Source: the human T2T-CHM13v2.0 reference genome, Homo sapiens. From it: 64,000 nucleotides of DNA. The stretch is from NCBI RefSeq assembly GCF_009914755.1, contig NC_060928.1. One strand, given 5' to 3'. The notes beneath the pieces are model-generated. The model did no database searches. It was not told the origin of the DNA and saw nothing but the letters and a program-made list of their open reading frames with translations. This document shows positions 51,968-64,000 of the stretch, in pieces (position 1 is the stretch's first letter; every line of letters starts with the position of its first letter). Both the position numbers and the translations under genes were made by a program.

Positions 51968-53446
51968 TGGAATAAATAGTCTAAGAAGGAAAAGTCACAG
52001 ATACATTTGTAAATGTCAATTACTTACAATATCATTCCCTCATTCCAGAAAATCAGCTAAAATCTGATACATGGGAAGGAGGAAAGAGATATGAAAATCC
52101 AAGTATGGAAAACGATCAACCTGTGGAAGCTCTCTGAAAGCCAGTATGAAACAGAGATTGTCCCAGTGGTAATTGGCTAAATCTAAGTTAGCCAGATTCC
52201 TAGGGCAAAGGGTTTCTTTGCCTCATGAGCCAGGATGCTGAGTAAATGGGAGAGACAGTGTAGAGTGTTTTGGCTTTTCCATTTGACTTTTCCAGAATCC
52301 TAATTAAGGAGATTGCAGATTCCATATAAATGGATCATTCTGCAATTGGTTGCCAAAATATTTGCACCTGGATCCAAATGGTAACCAACGGTTCTTGTAG
52401 ACCAAGCTTCCAATTGGGATTGATCATTTTCTTTTCTGTGAGCCTAAAGAAATTTACTTTTAATCTTGTTTATGGACTCTAACATACCCTGCCAATATGC
52501 AATTATGAAACTGCTTTTTAAATGTATTTATTTTCAAGTCTTTCTTCTGAAGCAGATACTTATTAAAATAAGTATGGAAAGTGTTATATACTTTTTACTG
52601 TCCTTTTGATGCTGGTCTTTTGGGATTTTGAGAGCCAATGTGCTTTAATAGCTTGTCTTAGGGGAAAAAAATTGAAATTCTAAAAGGAATTTAAATGAAC
52701 AGAATTGATGCTTATCCAAAACTTGAGAGCAGCTACTAAAAGTTCAGATTGCAATCCTATTTTAGTACACCCCTGGCCTTTATTATCCATCATTCATTTC
52801 ATGAAGAAAGAGCCTTGAATATCTTTCCTCCTCAGTCTTTACTCCTTGTTTTTATGCAGAAAAGTGTGTTGCAAAAAGACCTTCAAACTCTCGTGACAGG
52901 AAGCTGATAAAATTGCATTAAAGAATCTAGCTCAAGAAGGGAAGCTTCTCAACACTATCCAAATAGTATCTGTAATTTCATATATGTTGCCTTTCCTCAA
53001 AAGCTCAGACAGATCAGACATTTCAGATCACAGTTGAGAGTCACATCATCTAACATTGGCAAGTACTATCTCACCTTGAATTCTGTGGCCACATAAGTCA
53101 TCTGATTTTGATGGTTAGAAATGCTGTGTAAGACAAGAAAGAATGCTGAACAAGGTCTTGCTACCAACTCTGCTTCTGATAAACTATAACCCTGGGCAAG
53201 TAACTGGCATAGCAAGCTTCAGAGTCCCATCCAATATGAAATGGGTATAAAAGTATACCCATTATATGCTCTAGGATGTTTTAAAATGAAGAAATACAAT
53301 GTAAGAAAATGTTCTTTCAGCTTTTTAGAACAACATAGTAATATAAACCTAGATTTTGTTAATAATTATTTACTAACATCTTCTTCCTTTTGAGAATGGA
53401 TTCATTCGGCTTTATTGTTTAGACCAAATGTCCTTTAGCCTGTTTT

Positions 53447-55794
53447 TGTTTTTGTAACTTTCATTTAAGTTCGGGATACATGTGCAGGTTTGTTACATAG
53501 CTATATGTGTGCCATGGGGGGTTGTTTTAAAGATTATTTCATCACCCAAGTATTAAGCCAAGTACCCATTAGTTGTTTTTCCTGATCCTCTTCCTCCTCC
53601 CACTCTCCACCCTCTAATAGGCCCCAGAGTGTGTTGTTCTCCTTTATGTGTCCATGTGTTCTCATCATTTAGCTCTCATTCATAAGTGAGAACATGCAAT
53701 ATTTGGTTTTCTGTTCCTGCATTCGTTTGCTAAGGATAATGGCCTCCAGTTCCATCCATATCCCTGCAAAGGGCATGATCTCGTTCCTTTTATGGCTGCA
53801 TAGTATTCCATGGTGTATATGTACCACCTCTTCTTTATCCAGCCTATCATTGATGGGCAGTTAAGTTGATTCTATGTTTTTGCTGTTGTGGATAGTGCTA
53901 CAGTGAACATAGGTGTACATGTGTCTTTGAAATAGAACAATTTGTATTCCATTGGGTATATACCCAGTAATGGGATGGCTGAGTCAAATGTTATTTGTGT
54001 CTCTAGGTCTTTGAGGAATCACCACACTGTTTTCCACAATGGTTGAACTAATTTACACTCCCACCAACAGTGTATAAGTGTTCCTTTTTCTCTACAACCT
54101 CACCAGCATCTGTTATTTTTTGACATTTTAGTAATAGCCATTCTGACTGGTGTGAATAGTATCTCACTGTGGTTTTGATTTGCATTTCTCTAATGATCAT
54201 TGATGTTGAGCTTTTTTTTCATATGATTATTGGCTGCATGTATGTCTTCTTTTGCAAAGTGTCTGTTCATGTCCTTAGCCCACTTTTTAGTAGGGCTGGT
54301 TTTTTTTCTTGTAAATTTGCTTAAGTTCCTTATAGATACTGGATATTAGGCCTTTGTCAGATGCATAGTTTGCAAAAATTTCCTTCCATACAGTAGGTTG
54401 TTTGTTTACTCTGTTGATAGTTTATTTTGCTGTGCAGAAGCGCTTTAGTTTAATTAAATTCCATTTGTCAATTTTTGCTTTTGTTGCAATTGCTTTTGGC
54501 ATCTTTGTCATGAAATCTTTTCCCATGGCTGTGTCCTGAATGGTATTGCCTATGTTGTCTTCTAGGGTTTTTATAGTCTTGGGTTTTGCATTTAAGTATT
54601 TAATCCATCTTGAGTTAATTTTTTTATGTTGCATAAGGAAGAGGTCCAGTTTCAATTTTCTGCTTATGATCAGCCAGTTATCCCAGTACTACTTATTGAA
54701 TAGGGAATCCTATTGCTTCTTTTTGTCAGGTTTGTTGAAGATCAGATAGTTGTAGATGTGCAGTCTTATTTCTGGATTCTCTATTCTGATCCATAGGTCT
54801 ATGTGTCAGTTTTTGTACCAGTACCATTCTGTTTTTGTTACTAGAGCCAGGTAGTATAGTTTGAAGTTGGGTAACATGATGCCTTCAGCCTTGTTCTTTT
54901 TGGCTATTTGGGCTCTTTTTTGTTTCATATAAATTTTAAAATAGTTTTTTCTACTTCCACATTGAGAAGAATCTCAGTGGTGGTTCAATAGGAATAACAG
55001 TGAATATATGAATTACTTTGGGCATTATGGCCATTTTAACAATATTGATTCGTCTTATCCATGAGTGTAGAATGTTTTTCTATTGTTTGTGTCATTTCTG
55101 TTTTCTTTAGCAGTGGTTTGTGGTTCTCCTTGTAGAGATCTTTCACCTTCCTGGTTAGCTGTATTCCCTAGGCATTTATTCTTTTTGTGGCAATTGTGAA
55201 TGGGAGTTTGTTCCTGATTGTTGTTAATATTTAGGAATGCTAGTGATTTTTGCACATTGGTTTTGTATCCTGGGACTTTGCTGAAGTTATTTTTCAGCTT
55301 AAGAAGCTTTTGGGCTGAGACTGTGGGGTTTTCTAGATGCAGGATCATGTTGTCTGCAAACAGGGATAGTTTGACTTCCTCTCTTCCTATTTGGATGCCC
55401 TTTATTTCTTTCTCTTGCCTGATTGCCCTGGCCATTACTTCCAATACTATGTTGAATAGGAGTGGTGAGAGAGGGCATCCTTGTCTTGCACAAGTTTTCA
55501 ATGCTTCCAAGTTTTGCCCATTCAATATGATGTTGGCTGTGGGTTTGTCATATATGTCTCTTATTATTTTGAAGTATGTTCCTTCAACACCTAGTTTGTT
55601 GAGAGTTTTTTTTAACATGAATGGATGTTGAATTTTATCCAAAGACTTTCCTGCATCTATTGAGATAATCTGGTATTTTTTTCTTTAGTTCTGCTTATGT
55701 GATGAATCACATTTATTGATTTGCATATGTTGAACCAACCTTGCATACCAGGGATAAAGCCTACTTGATCGTGGTGGATTAGCTTTCTGATGTG
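53447..55794 (-). mobile_element. 5'-truncated L1 (older L1PA, about L1PA11-14)
   Basis: Antisense ORF2 (DKIQHPFM...[17 protein letters not shown]...SLFADNM) and 3' UTR. TSD ctttagcctgtttt (53433-53446) / cttcagcctatttt (55795-55808). Confidence 0.95.
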
Positions 55795-57222
55795 CTTCAG
55801 CCTATTTTAATTCCCTCTGTGATCTGTAATGAAACAGAATAAGAACACAGATAATATGCACATGTACTTGCTTTACTGCTGAAATAGAGAAACTCTGGCA
55901 ACAGCTAGCTTTAGTTTAACAGTTTTACAATCTAAAGTCTTGAAAGACCAGAGTGAATTCCAAAATTGACCAAAAGTAGGGCTCAAGATAAATATTTTAT
56001 CTCTTTTAGTTGTTTTTCTTGTTTTTTTCTTCCCCAATTTATCTGCTCTCATTCATTTTTAGTCATGAAATGCCCTCTTTTCTAACTTCCTTTATTGACA
56101 GTAAACAAATATTTTTGAGTTCCTGTTAAGAGCTACACTGGGTAGATTTTAGGGAAAAACAGTGAATGAGATAAGCTTCTTCTGTCCCTCCCTTATGGAT
56201 CTCATACTCTAATGTCAGCTATCAAAACCTGTGTGTTTCTTCTTAAAGGTTTATATAGGCAGGACTTGAAGCATGGCAAACTAAAAAGGCAAGCTAGTGG
56301 CTCAGAGGGACTGGAGTAGGGATCAAACAGTAGCTAGCAATTCAGATGTTAAATAAACTATGGGACCCTAAACAAACAAACAAATAATTAAAAACCCTGA
56401 TGTGTTGTTTTATAATATTTCTATAAATTAGGAATATGCTCTAATAGTTTATTTTATAATACATAAAGCTTTGCAAAATAGGAAAAAGGCTTATCTGATA
56501 AAGAAAAATATTTTATAGAATACTTTTTAAATACTGTTTTTTAATTTTCAGACACATAAAATTTTAAAAAAGGAATGAAACATTTCCAAGAGGAAGGTTG
56601 GTTTAATAAATTAGGTTCTTCTTCAAGTGCCATCTTCAACCTATAAATGACGCCACATTATATGAAAATAATTTTTAAAATTAGATTAAATGTTCATCTC
56701 CATTATATTTTTATTATTTAATACTGTCTCTTGTTTTCACACATTTTGCAAAGATAACCTTTCTCATACACTGTTGAAATTTCCAAAAGCTACAAATTAT
56801 TTAAGTCTTAATTAGTAAAGCTTCAATATGGGAAATTTTCCTGTACATTCTGAAGCCAGTGGTCAACTTAATCAATTATGAACAGCCCTTGTTCCACTAG
56901 CAAAATATATTGAGTACCTTATAGTATCAGGGAAGTTTTATTTCTTTTTTTTTTTGAAACCTGAAACAAATTTTAATACCGTCTCTTTAAATATTCACCA
57001 TCATTTCTTATCAGATTAGAGCACAGCAGATGTGTCCAAATCTTTGTTTTATCTAGGTGAAAGGTGAACACATTTATAATAAATAAAAATTCATTGTGCC
57101 CTTATGTTGTTATTAAAGACATTTTTACTGTATAACCCTGCTTTTAAAAATACCTAATTATGCATTTAAGGTCTTTTTCTATTTTAGTTTTATAGTATAA
57201 AATAATTATCTTTTGCTTACAG

Positions 57223-57293
57223 CTAATATCTCAATATCTAATGACACCACACTGGCCCCAGAGTATTTGCCAACTATGTCTTCTACTGACATG
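57223..57293 (+). CDS. SLC4A4: SLC4A4 coding exon (71 nt), glycosylated extracellular loop 3
   Basis: Boundaries ttttgcttacag|CT AAT ... GAC ATG|gtaagt. Encodes (A)[23 protein letters not shown] with sequons NIS and NDT. Phase matches the previous exon. Confidence 0.95.
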
Positions 57294-59162
57294 GTAAGTG
57301 ACTTACTATTTTAAATTACCTTCATACTGACTGCATATTGTATACTTGTTTATAATACTTATAATATATGATGTCTTCTACCACTCAGCAATTCTGGCAT
57401 GAACACATACGTAACAATTATTGACAGTGGAGGGACGGGAAAAAAAAAAGCCACTTTCCTTTGCTCTAGTCAGCACTTTTTTTTTATTTGCCTTAAAAAA
57501 AGCTGAAGCCAATATTTACTTCTATAACATGCTTTTTAAAACTTCTTAGAATTTAACTGCCACATTGCATTAATTGTAACCTCGAAATATTTTCACAAGG
57601 GAAAATGTGAGAAGTTGGAAAATGAGAGCACAGTATCCTCTCTCTGTTTCTCGTATGGTTAAGAATTCTTACCAACCAAATGGTGCTGTGTTCTCTTCAC
57701 TAAGAGTGATTGTAGCAGGACCTTTCCCCTGTCACTTAGAACGGACTGTGCCTCTGTCACATGATATCCTTTCCCATGGCTGGTAACCAAGGATCTTTAG
57801 GAGACTGGAACTAAGCTTTAAAAATGAGCTGTTTTGCATGGAAGGTCACACACTGGAAGGAGGCTTTTGTATTGGAGAAAAAGGGGAAAGTGCTGTTTCA
57901 GACTTCCAATTGTGCTCCTTCTATGCTGAACATGGAATCTTACCAAAGAATATCAATCTTTCAGTTATAAAGACAGAAGCCATAATACCTTGTGTTGATA
58001 GAGTGCCCATCTCTCAGGAGACCCGGACATTTCTACAGATATTATGTAGTGAGTGCCCTAACATCCCTTTCAAAGATGATGTTTTGTATCTTTCCTGGGC
58101 AACTCTCACGTGACCCTCTTTTTTGTTTTTATATTCTGTGGCTCTCTTGACTGCTTTTTTTGCTGTTAAAGTCTTCTCTGACTTTTCTCAAACTTACTTC
58201 TCTATTTCTTCCATGTTTGATGTTAGGTGTGTGAAAAAGTATGTGTATATGTTTTACCACATGCATACAGAAAGGAGTTCAACTTTCAGTCTTTCAACTG
58301 GTCAGCCTATTGCCTAAAAGGTCTTGCCTAAATACAGGCAAAACTGCCTCCTTCTAGATTTGAAAGAATTTTATTCAAAATTCTTATAGTAAAAATATAA
58401 TTAATAAACTATAATTTAATAATATATATTTTAATTAAAATATAGCTAATATAGTTAATAAAAACATAAGTTAATTTGCAATAAATATTAGTGAAACACT
58501 CACTTCCACTGACTTAAGAAAAGAAATTGTTATCTAACTTAATTCTTTTTGTAACTAATCAAGGGAATCATTAAAATTAATGAACTTTTAAGCCCTGTCG
58601 TTGGGAAGTCCTGGCAGAAACTCCAGCAATTGATATGTATTAAAACAAAATGTTACAATAAGGTTCTTGAAAAAAAATGGAAGTTCTGATTGACTTCTAG
58701 TGTGACTGTGATAGAGACATAGAGGCATAATGTCATTTCAACTTAGCTACTATTTATAGAACACCTACTAGAGACCACATGTGTTACACATATTCTCATC
58801 ATTGTAGACCTTAATATGTACTATAACCATCAACATAAACTACCAGGGTTAATTACTTCTATTTTATACATGAGAGAAACTGAAGCTCCAGAGGGTAAAT
58901 CACCTTTCTTGCTTTAGGTCACATAGCCATATATTAGTAGAACAAAGATTTGAAGTGAAGTCTGGGTGGTTCTTAGACTGGTGCCATTCCTCGTATACCA
59001 TGATGCTTCAATGTACACAAATGGCAATGTTTACCCTTCCAGTTCCTATAGATGCCCCATATTCCAGGGCAGCAATCCCTTCATATGCATCAATTGCATA
59101 CCTTAATTAAAATGTGAAGGTGCTATGTTCAGCACCTCTAGGGAAAGAAGTTAGAAGAAAAA

Positions 59163-59163
<1 letters not shown>

Positions 59164-59205
<42 letters not shown>
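59164..59205. repeat. (TG)21 microsatellite
   Basis: Directly visible in the sequence. Confidence 0.98.
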
Positions 59206-59206
<1 letters not shown>

Positions 59207-59364
59207 TCATGAAGGCCAACTTTTATTTTATCCTTCATTTCTCCTTTTTCATTTATATCATTACCCGTATTTATATGTTGTGTATACACACACATACAAT
59301 ATAGGTAAATGACTCAGAAATGAGTTTTAAACAAATATGATTTATTACCATCAATCATAATGAT

Positions 59365-59835
59365 CAATTATTGAGGCACCTACTAGGTGCCAGACTCTTC
59401 ACAGTAATTGTCTATAATTCTCACAATCACTTTATGAGTTATTAGATGTTACCCCTATTTTATAGATGAAACAGAGACTTAGAAAAGTTAACTGACCTCC
59501 CAAAGACCATACATATTACAAGTACATGGTAAAATGAGGATTTGAACTCAGGGTTTTCTGCCTCTAGAATCTGCCTTATTTCTATCCTTTCAGGAAGCAG
59601 CATAGTGTTTTATGTAGAGGAACTCACAGATATTGAGTTCTTGTGTCAGACTGCCTGGTTCAAGTGCAGGGCTCCATGACTTAATAAGCTGTGGAACCTT
59701 CTTAGTTTCCCATCTGCAACATCGGGATGGTAATAGTACTTATCTCAAAGGTACTGTAATTGTCAACTTAATAGATAGGCAGAACTTAGCATAATGGATG
59801 GCATGTAGTCATCTCTCAGTCAGTGTTAGGTATTG
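59365..59835. mobile_element. Two adjacent MIR remnants in opposite orientations (about 59365-59575 minus, 59595-59835 plus)
   Basis: 'ttttatagatgaaacagagacttagaaaagttaactgacc...aggatttgaactcagg' followed by 'gtcagactgcctggttcaag...ttagtttcccatctg...taatagtacttatctca'. Confidence 0.7.
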
Positions 59836-61129
59836 TTACTGTTCTTTCTAGGTATTATCATTTGATTAGGTCATGCAGCCTCCATAACTCAGAAGTTTAA
59901 TGGAGAGAGGAAATTGGGAAGCCCATCTTCTGAGAGGCTATTGCGTCCTCCGTCTGCTTGGTTATGCTAGCCGGCTCTCCTATCCTGAACCTTTCCTAGG
60001 ACACACAGTCATCAGGACTTAATTTTCCTTTTTTCATTTCAGCCATAATTAGATTGTGAGAGAAGGTACAGGAAAAGTGACATGCATCCCCTGGAGCCAG
60101 CAAGGCTTGCTCTCACAGGCCTTCAGTACATCCTGTCAGATGAAGGAAGGTCTTTTCCCTTCAGCTTCACTAGCATGAAGACAAGCTTTCTTTTTCATGG
60201 TGGTAGGGATATGTTTCAGGGAAAAGAGCAGGAGAGAGGGGTATTAGAGCATTTAAACAGAGATTAGAACTCTAGGATAACTATGTCTCAAGATAAAAAG
60301 GCAGGTTTTAAAATTTCCATTTATTGTTGGAATGGTGTCTTTATTTCTTCTCACTTTCTCCAATTTTTCTATAGATTTCTTGCTTGGTATATCCCTTTAA
60401 CTTGCAAACCAAATTCCTTAAAAGGTTCCTGTAAACCTTTAAAATTAGCCACAGCTTGTTCACACTGTATCTAGATAATGAGCATTAATACCTGTTGGCT
60501 TGCAGTTTCCAGCTCTCAGAGTGTGAGACACCAGATTTCAAAATCAAATGTCAGTTTCTTCTGAAGAAGTGATTGAAAGGATCAGTTAGTATTTTGTTTT
60601 TCCACATCAGATTCCTTTTTTTTAAATTGAGGCATACCTTAAAATACACAGTTCTGAAGTATTCATTGAAATGAGTTTTGATGGTTGTAACTACTATCCA
60701 AACAAGATATAGGACATTTCCATCATACCAGAAGGTCCCATGGAATGCTGTATTTTGTTTGATACCCTAGCTTTCTTTTTGGGGGATCTTTCTTTGCCCA
60801 AATACTCTGCCCCTAGCCTTCAGATGGCAGATACCTGAGCCCTTTCCAAAGTGGTTGAATGCCTCAGAGAAGTTTCTCTCAGCTCTGCTTCTCTGCCTCC
60901 CATCTTAAGAAAGTGGCTTCCTTACACTTAAGAGAGGCTCCATGTATCTAAGGGGGAACTCTTTTAGCTTTCCTGTCCAACCCCCAGTCTTTCGTGTATT
61001 ACCCATGCACTTGGCAAAGACCGTGAGAAAATTTGGTGAGTGGATGCAGACTTGATCTATGCCTAGGACTCCTCTGAATTCTGCTCTGTCACCCCAGTCT
61101 GCATGTAGCCATTAAAAATTCGTTAAATA

Positions 61130-61228
61130 GAAAAATTAGTTGGGCATGATGGCACACACCTGTAGGGTTACAGTGAGCTACAATCATGCCACTGCACTCC
61201 AGACTGAGCAATAGAGTGAGACTATGTA
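61130..61228 (+). mobile_element. Internally deleted Alu right-arm fragment
   Basis: 'aaaaattagttgggcatgatggcacacacctgtag|ggttacagtgagct...gccactgcactccag...agagtgagact'. Confidence 0.8.
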
Positions 61229-61630
61229 TTAATATCTTAAAAATAAGTAAATAATAAAATAAAAAATGTTTGACTTTTTTCCTCATCTTAATGGTGAGTT
61301 TTTTAAAACTATGATTTTTTAGGGTATCTAGCTTGCTTTGGTTGTTAGGATGGGAGTGATGGCCTCTCACAATTTTCTATAATCCCAATCACAAGCAGAA
61401 CAACCAGTTTATCTTGATGTCTTATAATGGTATAGACAACTGTAACTCAAATGCATGCTGTAGATGATAAGGTAAGATTTCAGATTACTGAAAATCTGGC
61501 TCACCACTGTGGGGGAAAAAACTCTAAATAAGTACATCAACAACTTAACCTTGAGGCTTTTATTAGTGGTATCACTCTCATTTATATTTTTAAAAGCACA
61601 TATTTTATCAGTCAGTACTCAAAAGGGCTA

Positions 61631-62206
61631 CAGCACGTCCTCAGATTACACCACTTCATTGTAACGTTGATGAAAAAAAGAGAAATTGACTCTCAGGCTA
61701 CTGCCTATGTGGAGTTTGCATGTTCTTCTCATGTCTGCATGGGTTTTCACTAGGCACTCTGGTTTCCTTCCACATCCCAAACACATGCATATTAGGTTCA
61801 TTGGCGTGTCTTAATTTCCCAGTTAGACTGAGTGTGGGTGTGTGTGTGAGTGCACCCTGTGATGAGATAGTGTCCTGTCTAGGGATAGTTCCTGACTTGC
61901 ACCCTGAGCTGCCGGGATAGGCTCTGACCACTCACAACCCTGACCTGGAATGATAATAATTATCTTACTTATTTTTACTAATCTTTCTTAAATGTATGTA
62001 TAGCTCACATTTATTTTAACATTTAATATTAGAAATGTTTTGATCTTTATTTAGAAGTTTGGTGATGTTTTTGTGACCAGGAATATGCCATAGGGACTTA
62101 ACTCTTGCTTATAGTGATTAGCCTATGGTAAAACTGGTGGTTATACATCCATTTTGCTTAAAGTTCCAGTTTCCATGAACCTATTGATGACACTGAGGAT
62201 CTACTG
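61631..62206 (+). mobile_element. MER6A-like Tigger DNA transposon
   Basis: ta|CAG...CTG|ta ends with TIR-like cagcacgtcctcag / ctgaggatctactg. Internal 'gtggagtttgcatgttct...gtctgcatgggtttt...ggtttccttccacatcccaaa'. Confidence 0.85.
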
Positions 62207-63421
62207 TAATACAGAACCTTTAATTATTATTTTTATTATTATTATTACTTATTATACTACCCAGAGATGCTGTTAATCATGGGACTAAGAACCTTCATGA
62301 TGATTCTAGGAATTAACATTCATTTCATGGGAAATGGAATGTCGTATTAATATTCTTGTGCAAAGCATCCTTGTGATTTTCTCTCACCGAGAAAGTCAAG
62401 TGTAAAAACCATTCTGTCCTTAAATCTCCTTGAAGATTACATATTCCTACTTTTAAAAGTATTACGTAAAATTTTAAATATGCACTAAAATAGAATAAAG
62501 CAGTGAAGCCCCATATACGCATCACCTAGCCTCAATGGCTTTGAACATTTTGTCCATCCTGTCTCATATTATCCCTCACTTTTTCCTTTAGGGAGGATAC
62601 TGTGGTCTTTTAAATTTTAAAATAAATCCTTTGGTATGCATACTACTTTTCAGAACTGCGAGAAGATCCACTCAGTATAACAGGGTAATTCTCTTGAAAA
62701 AGATATCTCAAAAAATAGATTGAAATCTCTTTTCATGAGATTTACCACAGTTAAGATCCTCAGCAACTTGATCATTTTCTTTAAATCTTTTCCCCCAGTA
62801 CCCATTTACCTAAACAATCTGCTTCAGCCCATCTGGTCTATTCGCTGTTAGATCCCCACACAGGTGAGCATTCAGTAAGTCTTTAAAACTGAATGAAGCA
62901 TTGTATGTTCCCATATCAGCATCTTTGCTCTTGATGTCTCTCTCTCTAATACTTTACTTCTTTTTTGCTGCCAGTGCAGAAAGAAATGCACATCTAAAGT
63001 TTGTCGCTTTTATTCCCTTTTGTTACAGTTTTGCTGTCCTTCTGCTCTTACTCCTGCTGCCCTTTGAATACGAGAGTTCTGCAAAAACCAGTCCCTCTTT
63101 TAGGGCTTAGTTTAAATTTTGTTTTCTCTGTACTCAATGAAGATGATTATTCCCTCTTCTGACCATCTGATCTTCATACCACTCATTTAGATACTTCCTT
63201 TTACTGGGTTATATTATTAGTTAATATTTAAGTTAACATACTTTATTTCTCTAGGGAAAGTTTTAAAAGTTGTTGTTTTATTTATCTTTATTGTACCTGT
63301 AAAGGTTACATTCGTTCATTCATGCACTTAGGTCTCAGTGCATTTTCTATTTTCCTGTGGCCACATTTTTCTATTTTCTAGATGTGACTGTTAACTCAAA
63401 ATATTCTATATCTAATTGAAA

Positions 63422-63613
63422 TAGTTTTGCCAGATTTAGCAAACAAAAATAAAACATGCCCAGTTAAAGATGAATTTTAAATAAATATTGAATAATTTTA
63501 GTATAAATATGTCCTAAATGTTACATATGAAACACTTATACTGAAAATACTATTTGTTGTTTACCTGAAATTCAAATGTAACTGGGCATCCTACATTTTA
63601 CCCAGCAACTCTA
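63422..63613. mobile_element. MER53 palindromic hAT MITE
   Basis: 'tagttttgccagatttagcaaa...tgcccagttaaa...ctgaaattcaaatgtaactgggcatcc...cagcaactcta'; internally palindromic, about 192 bp. Confidence 0.88.
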
Positions 63614-63913
63614 AATTGAAAGTTTATTTTAATTTAATCTTGTCCTCCAGATAAAAAGAGTAGATAAATTGGTAGATATCTTCCTTGAATATGTCATATA
63701 TTCCAGACATGATGACAGATTTCGTTTGTTCAATCAACAATGATTTCTTCAGTGCCTAATGTATCCCAAATTGAATTCTGCTACTGTCTTGCTCTGCTCT
63801 TTTCTTTTTTTTTCCTTATTGATGCACAGTCCCTTTGGTCCTCAGGCACCATACATTTATCATTTTTAGCTTTTATCCATCCTTAGTCAAAACAGTTACT
63901 AAGTCCTGGGACG

Positions 63914-63990
63914 TCTCTCTCTCTGTCTCTCTCTCTCTCTCTTTCTCCGTCCCTCTCTCTTCCTCCCTCCCTCTCTCTCTCTCCTTTCTC
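63914..63990. repeat. CT-rich simple repeat
   Basis: Directly visible in the sequence. Confidence 0.9.
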
Positions 63991-64000
63991 CATTCTTGCA

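Noticed and set aside
55055-55642. 195-aa ORF, the longest in the window
   Set aside because: Fragment of a truncated, frameshifted L1 ORF2; the catalytic motif is altered (FADN).

Overview
Primate (very likely human, chr4q13.3) genomic DNA inside the SLC4A4 gene, which encodes the Na+/HCO3- cotransporter NBCe1. Eight internal + strand coding exons with GT-AG boundaries splice into one open 1167-nt frame of 389 codons (about L226-M614 in NBCe1-A numbering). They cover the end of the cytosolic domain, TM1-5 and the start of extracellular loop 3. The rest is intron with Alu, L1, L2, MIR, LTR and DNA-transposon remnants (MADE1, MER85, MER2, MER6A, MER53). The most notable structure is a nested insertion at 3.8-9.3 kb. 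An ancient L2 is split by a TSD-flanked, poly(A)-tailed block that carries an intronless LDHAL6B-type lactate dehydrogenase pseudogene antisense to the tail, together with its genomic flanks. This suggests the gene was moved by L1 transduction rather than by retrocopying of its own mRNA. The pseudogene was later split by a second L1 carrying its own ~410-bp 3' transduction. Repeat subfamily names and gene identities are from recalled consensus and protein sequences, not from database searches.
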